A stretch of 64,000 nt of DNA from Pseudomonadota bacterium (GCA_039028775.1 JBCCHL010000002.1:44-64043), one strand, 5' to 3'; counted from the first letter of the stretch, positions 44,742 through 55,493 are shown. The notes: generated from the sequence alone by a model not told the origin. Made by a program: numbers and translations.

Positions 44742-45584
44742 TCAGGCCATGTACCCACCATCGACACACAGGACGTGGCCGGTGACATAACTGGCTGCGT
44801 CGGATGCGAGAAACACCGCAGCATTGGCCATCTCTTCGAATGTAGCTACCCGCCCCAGCGGCAGGTTTTCCGGTCCGGTAGACCACGCTTCAAACTTCTG
44901 CTGTTCGGTGGGCTCGGGGGGCGGCGCCTTGGGTTTTTTGGGCACGCGGTCCGGGTTCTCTCGATAGTAATCTCCAGCCGGATGCTGTTCCCACTCCACC
45001 AGCGACGGCGCCAACGCGTTGACCCGCACGTTATACGGACCCAGATAGCGACAATACTGGCGCGTCATCATCGCGATCCCGGCCTTGACGATGGCGTAGT
45101 TACCCATGCCTTTATCCGCATGGGCTTTGAGCCCACCACGAGAGGACAGATTGATGATGCTACCGCTGCGTTGTGCCTGCATGATCGGAGCGACGGCCTG
45201 ATGCATGAGCCAGTAGCCCTTGAGGTTGACGTCGGTGAGCTTGTCCCAGCCGTCCTCGTCAAGTTCCAGGACCGAATGCCGGTGGTACATCACCGCGACG
45301 TTCATAAGGATGTCGATGCCACCCAAGGTTTTTGCCACTTCGCCGACCAACGCATCGACGCTGGATTTGCGGGAGATGTCGGCCTGCACCGCGAGCGAAC
45401 GCCGACCCATCGCCGCGATCTCATCCGCCACGGCCTGCAGGCGTCCGTCTTCAATATTGAGGTCAGTAACGGCCACGTCGGCACCCGCCTCGGCTAGGCC
45501 GAGCGCAAAACCTTTGCCCATATTGCGACGGCCACCCACCACCAGGGCTTTTTTGCCCGCCAGTGAAAAATCTGCAATCCCCAT
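44742..45584 (-). CDS. SDR family oxidoreductase
   Basis: ALVVGGRRNMGKG, NLSSRGG, YAIVK (YxxxK), VRVNALAP, DGGY. Confidence 0.9.
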   Translation of the reverse strand: MGIADFSLAGKKALVVGGRRNMGKGFALGLAEAGADVAVTDLNIEDGRLQAVADEIAAMGRRSLAVQADISRKSSVDALVGEVAKTLGGIDILMNVAVMYHRHSVLELDEDGWDKLTDVNLKGYWLMHQAVAPIMQAQRSGSIINLSSRGGLKAHADKGMGNYAIVKAGIAMMTRQYCRYLGPYNVRVNALAPSLVEWEQHPAGDYYRENPDRVPKKPKAPPPEPTEQQKFEAWSTGPENLPLGRVATFEEMANAAVFLASDAASYVTGHVLCVDGGYMA

Positions 45585-45844
45585 CTGTTCCCCAAGCCCT
45601 CTCTTCCCAAGCTATTCATCGCTGCCAATGTCGCCGTCTTACAACGCGGCTTCCACCCCATCGGTAACGCACAACGTGGCGTAAAGATAGCGCGGTTCAA
45701 GACAATCTGCACGGCGCTAAACCGGGGCCTATCGCGGCTGCCGCGCACGCACTAAGATGCACGCCTCCTCCACAGCGAGCAAAAGGCGCTACCTATGGTC
45801 CGTCAGCCGAATCCACGCGCACACCCAGCCGGCAGGGGCGCCTG

Positions 45845-47731
45845 ATGCCGATCCTCGAGTTGCGCGGCGCCCAGTTGGCCTTTGGCCACATACCGCTGCT
45901 GGACGATGCGAGCCTTTTGATCGAACCCAGGGAGCGCATTTGCCTGGTCGGGCGCAACGGCACGGGCAAGTCGACTCTTCTCAACGTGATCAGCGGCGCA
46001 CAAGATCTCGACGCCGGTTCCCTGTGGCTGGCGGACGGCATCAAGGTGGCCAAACTCGCCCAGGAGGTTCCGGCCGGCGGCTCCGACACCATCTACGCCA
46101 CCGTCGCGAGCGGCCTCGGCGACATCAGCGGCGTGCTGGCACGCTACCATGCCCTCACCGCGGATATGTCCGGCGACCCCGACGAGAACCTGCGTCAGCT
46201 GGGCGAAGTTCAGGCCGAGATCGATCGGTTGGACGCCTGGGAGGCTGCGCAGAAAGTCGACACGGTTCTCTCCCGCCTGCGCCTGCCGACGGACGCGTTG
46301 ATGTCCGCTTGCAGCGGCGGTATCCGTCGCCGCGCAATGCTCGCTCAGGCCCTGGTCGACGCACCCGACCTGCTGCTCTTGGATGAACCAACCAACCATT
46401 TGGATATCGATTCGATTACGGCTCTCGAAAGCGCGGTAGCGGAGTTTGTGGGTGCGATCCTCTTTATCACTCACGATCGCACGTTCACCGACACGTTAGC
46501 CACCCGCATCATCGAGCTCGATCGCGGAGTGCTCACGGCCTATCCAGGCAGTTATGCCGAGTACCAGGCGCGTAAAGAGGCGGATCTCGCGGTGGAAGCT
46601 GACCACAACGCCAAATTTGACAAAGTTCTGGCGACGGAAGAGGTATGGATCCGCCAGGGTATCAAGGCACGACGCACCCGCAATGAAGGGCGCGTGCGCC
46701 GGTTGGAGGCGCTGCGTCGCGAACGCGCCGCGCGGTTGGAACGCCAAGGCCGAGTGAAGCTGAGCGTGGATCAAGGCAGGGACTCGGGCAAGCTGGTCAT
46801 CGATGCTGAAGACGTAGGCTTTCAATACGGCGACGAGACGATCATCCAGCACTTCTCCACCACAATCCTGCGCGGCGATCGCATCGGCATTATCGGTCCG
46901 AATGGCAGCGGCAAGAGCACGCTTCTGAAGCTCTTACTCGGCCAACTCGTGCCCGCCACCGGCACCATCAAACAAGGAACTCAACTCAACGTCGCGTACT
47001 TTGATCAGGAGCGCGAGCAGATCGATCCCGAGCGCACGGTGAAGGACAACCTGGCGGATGGTAACGATCAGGTGCAGATCGGTGACAAGAGCAAACATGT
47101 CATCAGTTATCTGCGCGATTTTCTGTTCGCACCGGAACGCGCAAATTCACCGGCCAAGACGCTCTCGGGTGGTGAACGCAACCGGCTCCTGCTGGCCAAA
47201 CTTTTCACCAAACCGGCCAACGTACTGGTCTTGGACGAGCCGACCAACGACCTGGATGTGGATACCTTGGAGCTTCTGGAAGAATTGTTGAGCGACTTCA
47301 GCGGCACCCTCTTGCTGGTCAGTCACGATCGCAGCTTCCTCGACAAAACCGTTACCAGTACGCTGGTGCTGGCCGGGGGTGGCCGCGTGGAAAGCTATGT
47401 CGGCGGGTATAGCGACTGGTTGCAACAGCGCCCGGAGCAGACCCCTAACAAAACAAACTCCCCCACGGCCAGCGCGCCGCGTCCCAAACGCCGGGATCAG
47501 GCGGGTAAGCTCAGCTACAACGAAAGCCGGGAGCTGGCCGGTCTGCCGGAACAGATCGAACGCCTGGAAGCCCAACAGGCGCAGATTAGCGAGGAGGTAG
47601 CGCAGAGTGACTTTTACCAACAGCACCAGGACGCTATCGAAGCGACTATGACGCGGTTGGCCGACGTTAACGCGGCTCTGGAACAAGCCTACGAACGATG
47701 GACCGAACTGGAAGAGAAAGGCGGCGGTTGA
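45845..47731 (+). CDS. uup: ABC-F family ATPase Uup
   Basis: Two ABC domains (GRNGTGKST; GPNGSGKST), WIRQGIKARRTRNEGRVR linker, C-terminal KLSYNE coiled coil. Confidence 0.92.
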   Translation: MPILELRGAQLAFGHIPLLDDASLLIEPRERICLVGRNGTGKSTLLNVISGAQDLDAGSLWLADGIKVAKLAQEVPAGGSDTIYATVASGLGDISGVLARYHALTADMSGDPDENLRQLGEVQAEIDRLDAWEAAQKVDTVLSRLRLPTDALMSACSGGIRRRAMLAQALVDAPDLLLLDEPTNHLDIDSITALESAVAEFVGAILFITHDRTFTDTLATRIIELDRGVLTAYPGSYAEYQARKEADLAVEADHNAKFDKVLATEEVWIRQGIKARRTRNEGRVRRLEALRRERAARLERQGRVKLSVDQGRDSGKLVIDAEDVGFQYGDETIIQHFSTTILRGDRIGIIGPNGSGKSTLLKLLLGQLVPATGTIKQGTQLNVAYFDQEREQIDPERTVKDNLADGNDQVQIGDKSKHVISYLRDFLFAPERANSPAKTLSGGERNRLLLAKLFTKPANVLVLDEPTNDLDVDTLELLEELLSDFSGTLLLVSHDRSFLDKTVTSTLVLAGGGRVESYVGGYSDWLQQRPEQTPNKTNSPTASAPRPKRRDQAGKLSYNESRELAGLPEQIERLEAQQAQISEEVAQSDFYQQHQDAIEATMTRLADVNAALEQAYERWTELEEKGGG

Positions 47732-47804
47732 GCCTCCGTCGCTGTGAACCCGGACCTGTATGTTCGCGCCGGCGGTCGTTCGAAAACGGGCGTCAACCCC
47801 TACT

Positions 47805-49034
47805 TTAGACAGTGCGCGTCGCCACCGCAGGTGAGACCCGACAAGCATGTCGTGCGGGGCCGTACACCGCCAACTGGCCGATGAGCAGCAAGCCGAGCAT
47901 GCCCAGCGGAACCCCAACCCAATCGATCTTCGGGAAGCTCATGGCATCCACCAGTACGATATTCAAGCCAACGGTCATGACCGCTCCCAGTACCACGCCC
48001 GCGCCGGTGATCATCGCGTTCTCGACCAGAAAGTAGCGCAGCACGTCACTCTGGGTTGCGCCGAGGGCGCGCCGTGTGCCGATTTGTTTAGTACGGCGCC
48101 GCACGCTGAAACTCGCCAGCCCGAGCACCCCGACGGCGGTGATGAACAGCAACACGGTCATCACCGCGATAAGTAGTTTCGACAATCCTTCGTCCAGCCG
48201 ATAGGACTGCTCCCGGGTCTCGCCCATCGAGCGCATGTTCATCACTATGCGCTGAGCATTGGCATCCGCCAGTCGCGCCTCAATCTCAGGCATCATCGTA
48301 TCGCGTTGTCCCGGTAGCGTGCGCACCAGATAGCGGCTGGAGCCCACCGCCAGCTTCTGCGGGACCAGAGTCACGTGCTCAATGTTGTTCCACTGCACCC
48401 ACGGCGCATGGAGCTTCTTGACCACACCGATGATCTGCTGCGGTTTGGTATTCTCTATGTACACCGTCTGTCCGATCACCGCCTCCGGCGCAAGGTCAGG
48501 GAACATCGACGCCGCGAGGGTCTCGGTGACGATGATCAGGTCCGGCCAGCGACTGGAGTTAGGTGTCCGCCACTGAACATCACTGGCGGCAAAGTTGCGT
48601 CCGGCGACCAGCTCCACCCCCATGGTATCGATCGCCTGCTCATCGACCATGTAGATCGCCGTGCCGTAACTCTGCGTATCCTCACCCGGCTCGACCCTCA
48701 ATCCCATAGACCAGCCGCTGCCGCTCAAGGGGATCGCGTTGGTGGTAATGGCGTTGTGCACCCCTGGCGTGCGGCGCAACAGGTCGAGGTCCTCTTCGAT
48801 GGCCGACTGCGTGTTGAATTGTTCGCCGATACCCACGCTGACGACGTGGAACAACTCATCCTCGACCATGCCGCTGGGTCGCTCCACCAACGCCAACCGC
48901 TCGCTGATCATGTACCAGGAATTCACCACCACCGTCATGGTAAAGGCGATTTGCAGCGCGATGAGGATCGCGCCGATTTTGTTGCGCAACGCCGCGCGGA
49001 TGATCGGACCAAGTTCTATGCGTGACAAATCCAT
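47805..49034 (-). CDS. MacB/FtsX-like ABC permease
   Basis: Large periplasmic loop; VRRRTKQIGTRRALGA; PARHACRVSPA. Confidence 0.9.
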   Translation of the reverse strand: MDLSRIELGPIIRAALRNKIGAILIALQIAFTMTVVVNSWYMISERLALVERPSGMVEDELFHVVSVGIGEQFNTQSAIEEDLDLLRRTPGVHNAITTNAIPLSGSGWSMGLRVEPGEDTQSYGTAIYMVDEQAIDTMGVELVAGRNFAASDVQWRTPNSSRWPDLIIVTETLAASMFPDLAPEAVIGQTVYIENTKPQQIIGVVKKLHAPWVQWNNIEHVTLVPQKLAVGSSRYLVRTLPGQRDTMMPEIEARLADANAQRIVMNMRSMGETREQSYRLDEGLSKLLIAVMTVLLFITAVGVLGLASFSVRRRTKQIGTRRALGATQSDVLRYFLVENAMITGAGVVLGAVMTVGLNIVLVDAMSFPKIDWVGVPLGMLGLLLIGQLAVYGPARHACRVSPAVATRTV

Positions 49035-49041
49035 GCCGGCC

Positions 49042-50355
49042 TCACTGTGATTTCAGTTGCAGCGCGGGCGCGATATTACTCGCCCGCCAGGTTGGATAGA
49101 GTCCCGCCGCTATGCTCGCCAGCACTGCCAGCACGATCGCGGAAGTGACCATTACCCAGTCGAGTTGAACAAATGGCTCTACGAGATTACCCAGCAACAG
49201 CACCAGCCCCTGCAGGCCGAGCCACGTCAGCGCAAGGCCAAGAATGCCACCAACGATACCGATACAAGCCGATTCCACCAGGTACTGCGCAAACAGAGCG
49301 CGCTTGCTGGCGCCCAGCGCACGGCGCAGACCGATCTCAGGGGCCTTACCCAGAAACTTGGATAGCAGCAGACCGATGGTATTGAGCAGACATACCGCCA
49401 GGAACAAGATCGCCACCACCAGCATGATGCGCGCCTCTTCCTGGACCACCTCCTGATTAGCCAACCAATCGTTGACGTCACTCAAGCGATTGTTCAGAGG
49501 ACGCGGGAACCGTCCAAGCGTTTTCTGATCGCGCACATAGTCGTCGAGAAAAGCCAGATACTGCGCTCTGGCCACCGCATCGGGCAGCTCGACCCACATC
49601 TGGACCCAGATACACTCGGAAGCCAGAAATGCCTCGAAGCCGGACTCGTCGTTCGGCTTCCAGCAGTTGGTGTTTCCCGAGCGCGATAGCCGCAGATCGA
49701 TAAGCACGTTGAACGGCACAAATATCTCTTCCACCTGATTGAAAGGCCCGGTGGTGACGTCGTAGAAGCGTGGCATCGGGCGCCATTCGTCCATCACCCC
49801 GATCACCTGGAACAGGTGCCCGCCGAGCCGCACGCTGCGCCCGACAGAGTTCTCACCACCGAACAGACGATCGTTGGTTCGCCGGGACAGGACCGCAACC
49901 AGCTCGCGCTGTTCGTCAGCTTGTTGCGACCAACCCGAGCCGAACAGGAAGGGCACTTCGAACATCGGGAAAAAGTCCGCGTGGGTGGCACGACCGGACG
50001 CGGTAAAGGGTTTGATGTCGCGATCGTCCGGCTCCACCACGTAGGATGCCCCGACACTCGCCACCTGCCGGGGCGCGCGCGCCGCAGCCATGAGGGCCAT
50101 GGCATCGGTGTAGGTCAACTGGTCCGGTGGCTCATTCGGTTCGTCGAAAGGAGAATTGGGATCCCAACTGTCCACCTGCACGTAGAGGAGTTGACCGCTC
50201 TTGTTCGGGATCGGATCGCTCCCCATCACATAGTTGACCGTCACGATGGTCATACAGACGCCGATGCCCAAACCGATGGCCGCGATCATCAAAGCTGAAA
50301 GTACCCAGTTGCCGCGAATGCTGATCGCGGCCAAACGGAAATAGTAGCCTAACAT
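49042..50355 (-). CDS. MacB/FtsX-like ABC permease (second)
   Basis: EIGLRRALGAS, YPTWRASNIAP. Confidence 0.9.
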   Translation of the reverse strand: MLGYYFRLAAISIRGNWVLSALMIAAIGLGIGVCMTIVTVNYVMGSDPIPNKSGQLLYVQVDSWDPNSPFDEPNEPPDQLTYTDAMALMAAARAPRQVASVGASYVVEPDDRDIKPFTASGRATHADFFPMFEVPFLFGSGWSQQADEQRELVAVLSRRTNDRLFGGENSVGRSVRLGGHLFQVIGVMDEWRPMPRFYDVTTGPFNQVEEIFVPFNVLIDLRLSRSGNTNCWKPNDESGFEAFLASECIWVQMWVELPDAVARAQYLAFLDDYVRDQKTLGRFPRPLNNRLSDVNDWLANQEVVQEEARIMLVVAILFLAVCLLNTIGLLLSKFLGKAPEIGLRRALGASKRALFAQYLVESACIGIVGGILGLALTWLGLQGLVLLLGNLVEPFVQLDWVMVTSAIVLAVLASIAAGLYPTWRASNIAPALQLKSQ

Positions 50356-50356
50356 G

Positions 50357-51058
50357 TCAGCTCACCCGCCGATGCGCGCGCGCGGCGCCGGTTTCCTGCA
50401 GCTCGACGCGGCCATCTTTCAGGCGCACCAGCTTCGGGGTCTTGGCAGCCAACTCCAAATCGTGGGTGACCATCACGATGGTGGCGCCGGCATCGTGCAA
50501 TTGGTGCAGCAACGCCATCACACCATTGGCGGTCGTGCTGTCCAGATTACCGGTGGGTTCGTCCGCGAGCAGGAAGCGCGGCTCCCCAGCGAGGGCGCGC
50601 GCGATGGCGACTCTCTGCTGCTGCCCACCCGACAGTTGGCTGGGGAGGTGTTTGGCCCGCCCGGCAAGTCCAACCATATCCAGCTTGTCCATGATGCGCG
50701 CACGCCTCTCGACAGCGTTGAACCCGCGATAGCGCAGCGGTACGTCGACATTGTCGTAAACGTTCAAGTCGGGGATCAGGTTAAAACTCTGGAAGATAAA
50801 GCCGATCTTTTCGTTGCGCAGCTGCGAGCGGGCGGTGTCCGACAACGCGCGCACATCCTCCCCGTCGAGGTAATAGGCCCCGTCATCAAAGGTCTCCAAC
50901 AAGCCCGCGATGTTCAGAAAAGTGGTCTTGCCGGAACCCGACGGACCCACCACCGCAACAAAGTCGCCTTCGTCGATGGAAAAAGAGATGTCCCGTAACG
51001 CGTGGGTCTGCACACTGTCCGTGCGATAGACCTTGTTCAGTTGCTCCATCTTTAACAT
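50357..51058 (-). CDS. ABC ATP-binding protein (MacB/LolD type)
   Basis: GPSGSGKTT, LSGGQQQRVAIARAL, LADEPTGNLD. Confidence 0.93.
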   Translation of the reverse strand: MLKMEQLNKVYRTDSVQTHALRDISFSIDEGDFVAVVGPSGSGKTTFLNIAGLLETFDDGAYYLDGEDVRALSDTARSQLRNEKIGFIFQSFNLIPDLNVYDNVDVPLRYRGFNAVERRARIMDKLDMVGLAGRAKHLPSQLSGGQQQRVAIARALAGEPRFLLADEPTGNLDSTTANGVMALLHQLHDAGATIVMVTHDLELAAKTPKLVRLKDGRVELQETGAARAHRRVS

Positions 51059-51072
51059 GGCTATGGCTCCGC

Positions 51073-52374
51073 TTAGTCGGTGATAAGAAGGGTGGCGTAT
51101 TCGTCGAAGGTATCGGTGCTGGAAATGATGATCGTGTCGCCGACATTCAGCCCCGACACCACTTCGACCTGATTGAGACTGCGTGCCCCGATGACGATGT
51201 TCTGTCGGGTCGCGACATCGTCCACGACCCGGTAGGCGATACGGCCCCCGCCGGATTCGAGGAACTGTCCCCGAGCTACCAGCAGCACGTCGTCCACCTC
51301 ATCGAGAAGAATGCGCGTCGTCAGGCGCTGATTCTGGCGCAGACCGCCGGGACTGGCGGCGGCGAAGCGCAGCCGCAACGTCACCTGATTGTCGATCACC
51401 TCCGGCGATACCGAGACGACGGTGGCGTCAAACACCTGCTGACCGACCCGGACCTGCGCGCCCATACCGATCGCCAGATCGTCCGCATAGCTCTCGGGCG
51501 CTTGGCCCTCCACCTCGAACTGGCTGAGATCGACCACCGACAAGACGGCCTGATTCCGGGCGACATTAGTTTTCTGATCCACCAGCAGATTGCCCACGTT
51601 GCCAGACACCGGTGAGCGCAACGTAAGCTCCGCCACCTGGCGTTCGAGGTCGGCGACCAGCAGGCTCTGCTGATCAACTTCCAGTTGCTTGGTGCGCTGT
51701 TCAAACTCAAGGCGTTCGCGATTGAGCGCCTGATCGGATACTGCATGGCTGTGCGCGTACTGAGCGGACTCCAGCTCATCCTGGGCCTTCTCGTAGTCAA
51801 GCTGCGAGATTGCCTCCTTCGCGAACGCTTCCACCGCGCGACGCGATTCGCGGTCGGCCGCCGTCAGTTGCAGTTTGGCCAGATCGACCGTTTTCTGATT
51901 GGCGAGGTTTTCCTGCTTGGTTTGGATGACAAAGCGCTCGTACCCGACCTGACGCTGGGCGAGGACCGCCTGTTCCTGGGCGAGGCGATTGGTCAATTCC
52001 GGACTGTCGATCTGTGCCAGGGGATCACCCTCTCCCACCTCGTCACCGGAGGCGACCAGATAGGTGATCGTACCGGTATCCGCGGCGTACAAAGTCGGGC
52101 TGACCGCAGCGACCACCCGCCCCTGCACCGAAAGATCGCGAACCAAATCGCCACGCTGCACAGTCGCGAGGCGTAAGCGATCCCGAGATATAGAATCTTC
52201 CGCCGCGGCCCAACGCAAAAGGTCGGGCACCCACCAGAAGAGCAGCGCCACCAGGAGGAGTGCCACCCCTATGTACAGATAGCGCCGCGGTGAGGCGCTG
52301 GGAACCACGAGCTCGTCTTGCGCCGAGGTATCGGCAATGCGCAGGGTTTGGTCCCGCTGCGGCTCTGGCTGCAT
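51073..52374 (-). CDS. HlyD/MacA-like periplasmic adaptor
   Basis: N-terminal TM helix, long coiled coil, LRSPVSG; in operon with the ABC exporter. Confidence 0.88.
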   Translation of the reverse strand: MQPEPQRDQTLRIADTSAQDELVVPSASPRRYLYIGVALLLVALLFWWVPDLLRWAAAEDSISRDRLRLATVQRGDLVRDLSVQGRVVAAVSPTLYAADTGTITYLVASGDEVGEGDPLAQIDSPELTNRLAQEQAVLAQRQVGYERFVIQTKQENLANQKTVDLAKLQLTAADRESRRAVEAFAKEAISQLDYEKAQDELESAQYAHSHAVSDQALNRERLEFEQRTKQLEVDQQSLLVADLERQVAELTLRSPVSGNVGNLLVDQKTNVARNQAVLSVVDLSQFEVEGQAPESYADDLAIGMGAQVRVGQQVFDATVVSVSPEVIDNQVTLRLRFAAASPGGLRQNQRLTTRILLDEVDDVLLVARGQFLESGGGRIAYRVVDDVATRQNIVIGARSLNQVEVVSGLNVGDTIIISSTDTFDEYATLLITD

Positions 52375-52656
52375 AACTGCTTATCCTTCTGGCACTGTGT
52401 ATTCTTGAACGTGTCCCCTTAAAGACGCAGCTGCGCGCAAAATAGTTTGCCCGAAGATGGGTTGTTTTTGCGCGGCGACCAGTCGTGAATGCGGGCTGGC
52501 CGCACGGACCTGCGCGTTTCGTTCGGGTACATATTCGGTGCAGCTCAAAGCGGCCGCTCTACCATCCGCCCCACCCCTCCCTCGCGATGCAACGAGCACC
52601 TGCACTAGCTGCGTTGCGATCGGAATGAACCTAGCAACTTTTCGGCAGCAGCATTT

Positions 52657-52675
52657 GTTAATGCGAATACATATC
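52657..52675. promoter_or_regulatory. Putative Fur box
   Basis: GTTAATGCGAATACATATC matches 13/19 of GATAATGATAATCATTATC; 43 bp upstream of the TBDR ATG. Confidence 0.55.
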
Positions 52676-52717
52676 TTTATCATTTGCACCCCTTTTATTT
52701 CCAACAAAAGTACAAAA

Positions 52718-54997
52718 ATGAAGAGTCACTACACCTCTCTACTCGGGATAACGCTTGCATTAAGCCTCTTGGCCGCACCTTCCTATGCGAACGACGATGA
52801 CATTCCACAAATCGAAGAAGTGGTTGTGATCGGCACCAAGGTAGGCAAATCTGTTCAGGACACACCCAATAGCGTGGCCGTAATCGATGCTCAGATCCTC
52901 GATGATGAGAACATTCTCAACCTGGTCGACATCCTCTACCGCACCGCTAACGTGCTCCCCACCGGCGGCGGTACCGGCTTCTCGATCCGCGGTGTCAACA
53001 GCACCAGCGTGGCCGGCGGCGGCTTTGCCGATCTCGCCACCATCTACCTGGACAATGCCCCACTCTCACGCGATACCACGCAGATCGGCGCGGTCGATGC
53101 CTGGGATCTGGCCCAGGTGGAAGTGTTGCGCGGCCCACAATCCACCCTGCAGGGACGTAATTCTCTGGGGGGTGCGATCATCATGCAGACCACCCAACCC
53201 TCCTATGAATGGAATGCCCGGGCTCGCTATCAAGTGCTCGATGAGATCGACGAGACACGTATCGGTATCGCTTTTGGCGGGCCGATTCTCGAAGACCAAC
53301 TGGCGTTCCGCATCGCCTACGAAGACCGGGAATCTGACGGTCTGATCGATAACCCCACCCGCAACGAAGACGCGGGCGCGGGAGAATCCGATATGCTGCG
53401 CCTGAAGCTGCTGATCGAACCGGAGGCGATCCCCGGTCTGAGCGTGAATCTCAGCCACACCATCGACGATCGTCTGTTCGGTATGCGCGAGTCATTCTTT
53501 GAAGCACCCAGCAGTTGGGACGATCGCATCATCCTGAGCAATCGCCCCACCACGGACGAAGCCGAAACGAAAATCTCCGTGCTCGACCTGAACTATGAGA
53601 TCAACGATGTCTTCGACGTCACCTGGATCTCCACGTTGCAGGACAGCGATCGTGCGCGCCAACGCGACCTTGACTTCGACCCCACCGACGTACAGTTCGG
53701 CAGCTTTGTCAGCCAGACGGACACCACCACCCACGAGCTACGGCTGGGCATCAACATGGACAACTTCTACGGTGTCGTCGGCCTCTACAGCTCTGAGGTG
53801 GACAACCCGGAAAGTGTGTTCGACATCAACTTCTTCTTCGATGTGTTGACCGACTTGAACCTGGTCGGTGTCTTGGTCGGCAACTTCGGCCTGGACGTGC
53901 CGACGGCCACCTTCATCGGCTCCTTCTACACAGACCCATTCATTCTGCAGGCACGTCAGGATCTGCCGAGCGAGGTCAGCACCCAAGCCATCTTCGGTGA
54001 CTTCACCTGGGAGTTGAACGAGCATTGGTCTGTACTGGCCGGCTTCCGCTACGACAACGAAGAGCAGGACATCTCCAATACTCAGCTCGTCACGGTCGAA
54101 TCTGAGTTTCCTGATCCGGCCGCCTTCCCGCCCACGCTGGCGCCGGTGATCGCTGCGGTCAACGGCTTCCTGCAGGCTGAGGCGGACCGCGCCAATACGC
54201 CGGGACAGGTGTCGGACACGGACATCAGTCAGTTCCTGCCGAAGCTCGGGGTGAGCTACCACATCGACGACTCTCAGACCTTGAGCTTTATCGTGCAGAA
54301 GGGTTACCGCTCGGGGGGTGTCGGCACCAACACTGCCCGTGCCTCCGTGACCCAGTACGACGAAGAGGTAACCTGGAACTACGAGATCTCATACCGCAGT
54401 CAATGGCTAGACAACCGTCTGACCGTAAATGGCAACCTCTACTACACGGATTGGGAAGATCAACAGGTCCTGGTCTATCTGAGTTCAAACGTCTTCGACA
54501 ACGAGATACAAAACGCGGGCAAGAGTGAGTTGTTGGGCATCGAACTGGAGACCAACTACATCGTAGATGAGAATCTGAGCTTTTACTTCACCGCAGCGCA
54601 TACTCAGACCGAGTTCAAAGAGTTCAATGCGCTGGTCGACGGTGGTGTAGAGGACCTCAGCGGCAACGAGTTTCCCAACGCACCACCCTGGACATTCTCA
54701 GCGGGAGGTACCTGGACCCATCCGGATGGATGGTTCGTCAACGTCAGCGCCAGCCATAGCGCGCATTACTTCAATACGGCCATCGACTTCCAGGACGACG
54801 GGCCTACCCTTCCGGAGCGCACGCTGGTAAACCTGAAGGCGGGCTGGCGCAATGACAATATCGGCGTCTACCTGATCGGTCGTAATATCTTTGATGACGA
54901 GTACTACGACAGCAAGTTCATCGACGATTTCGGCCGCGAATACGGGCGCTACGGCGAACCCCAGATCTTCGGTCTTTCCATCGAAGGCAGCCTTTAG
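52718..54997 (+). CDS. TonB-dependent receptor, FyuA-like (putative ferric-siderophore)
   Basis: ATG 52718 with signal peptide; EEVVVIGTK; QVEVLRGPQSTLQGRNSLGGAI; Fur-like box upstream. Confidence 0.88.
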   Translation: MKSHYTSLLGITLALSLLAAPSYANDDDIPQIEEVVVIGTKVGKSVQDTPNSVAVIDAQILDDENILNLVDILYRTANVLPTGGGTGFSIRGVNSTSVAGGGFADLATIYLDNAPLSRDTTQIGAVDAWDLAQVEVLRGPQSTLQGRNSLGGAIIMQTTQPSYEWNARARYQVLDEIDETRIGIAFGGPILEDQLAFRIAYEDRESDGLIDNPTRNEDAGAGESDMLRLKLLIEPEAIPGLSVNLSHTIDDRLFGMRESFFEAPSSWDDRIILSNRPTTDEAETKISVLDLNYEINDVFDVTWISTLQDSDRARQRDLDFDPTDVQFGSFVSQTDTTTHELRLGINMDNFYGVVGLYSSEVDNPESVFDINFFFDVLTDLNLVGVLVGNFGLDVPTATFIGSFYTDPFILQARQDLPSEVSTQAIFGDFTWELNEHWSVLAGFRYDNEEQDISNTQLVTVESEFPDPAAFPPTLAPVIAAVNGFLQAEADRANTPGQVSDTDISQFLPKLGVSYHIDDSQTLSFIVQKGYRSGGVGTNTARASVTQYDEEVTWNYEISYRSQWLDNRLTVNGNLYYTDWEDQQVLVYLSSNVFDNEIQNAGKSELLGIELETNYIVDENLSFYFTAAHTQTEFKEFNALVDGGVEDLSGNEFPNAPPWTFSAGGTWTHPDGWFVNVSASHSAHYFNTAIDFQDDGPTLPERTLVNLKAGWRNDNIGVYLIGRNIFDDEYYDSKFIDDFGREYGRYGEPQIFGLSIEGSL

Positions 54998-55008
54998 CCG
55001 CTTGTGAT

Positions 55009-55034
55009 AATGTGGGCGGAGACCCGCCCACATT
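55009..55034. other. Perfect 11-bp hairpin without U-tract after the TBDR stop
   Basis: AATGTGGGCGG-AGAC-CCGCCCACATT, flanked by TTGTGA/TCACAA (55002-55045). Confidence 0.75.
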
Positions 55035-55067
55035 GCCCCTCACAAATAAGCGCACGCGGAGATTTCG

Positions 55068-55493
55068 ATGCCACAGTCTATGGAGCCAGCGACCTTTGAT
55101 GCCTTTTTGGACAGCAAGCCAGGCTGGATCGTACTGACCACCATCGATGGAGATGGATTCCCGCACAGCGTCCCGTTGGGGTACTTTCGCGACGGAGACC
55201 GCGTGTACTGCGGCGTGCGCGATCACACCCAGAAGATCCGCAACATCGAAAAGAATCCAAAAGTCTCACTGATGGTCGAAGCCGGCAGCACCATGCAGGA
55301 TATCAAAGGTGCCATGATCCAAGGCGTAGCGACCATCCATCGCGAGCCTGAATCCGTGCTGCGACTCATGCGCCTGGGCGCCAGCGCTCGCGGGGTGGCG
55401 GAAGCAGACCTGCCAACCGCGGCCAATCCGGGTTCGGCGTTTATCGAGGTTGCCGTGCACCGACGCATCTCCTGGGATTACGGCGCACCCTGA
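55068..55493 (+). CDS. Pyridoxamine 5'-phosphate oxidase-like (FMN/F420 split-barrel) protein
   Basis: VLTTIDGDGFPHSVP, QKIRNIEKNPKVSLMVE, SWDY. Confidence 0.8.
   Translation: MPQSMEPATFDAFLDSKPGWIVLTTIDGDGFPHSVPLGYFRDGDRVYCGVRDHTQKIRNIEKNPKVSLMVEAGSTMQDIKGAMIQGVATIHREPESVLRLMRLGASARGVAEADLPTAANPGSAFIEVAVHRRISWDYGAP

Noticed and set aside
47805-52374. MacAB-like exporter with two permeases as a novel system
   Set aside because: The adaptor + ATPase + two permeases layout is common in gammaproteobacteria; nothing unusual in the sequence.
52385-52455. TGGCAC and GGGCAAACTATTTTGC as sigma54 sites
   Set aside because: Wrong GG-to-GC spacing (no GC at +10, or off by one).
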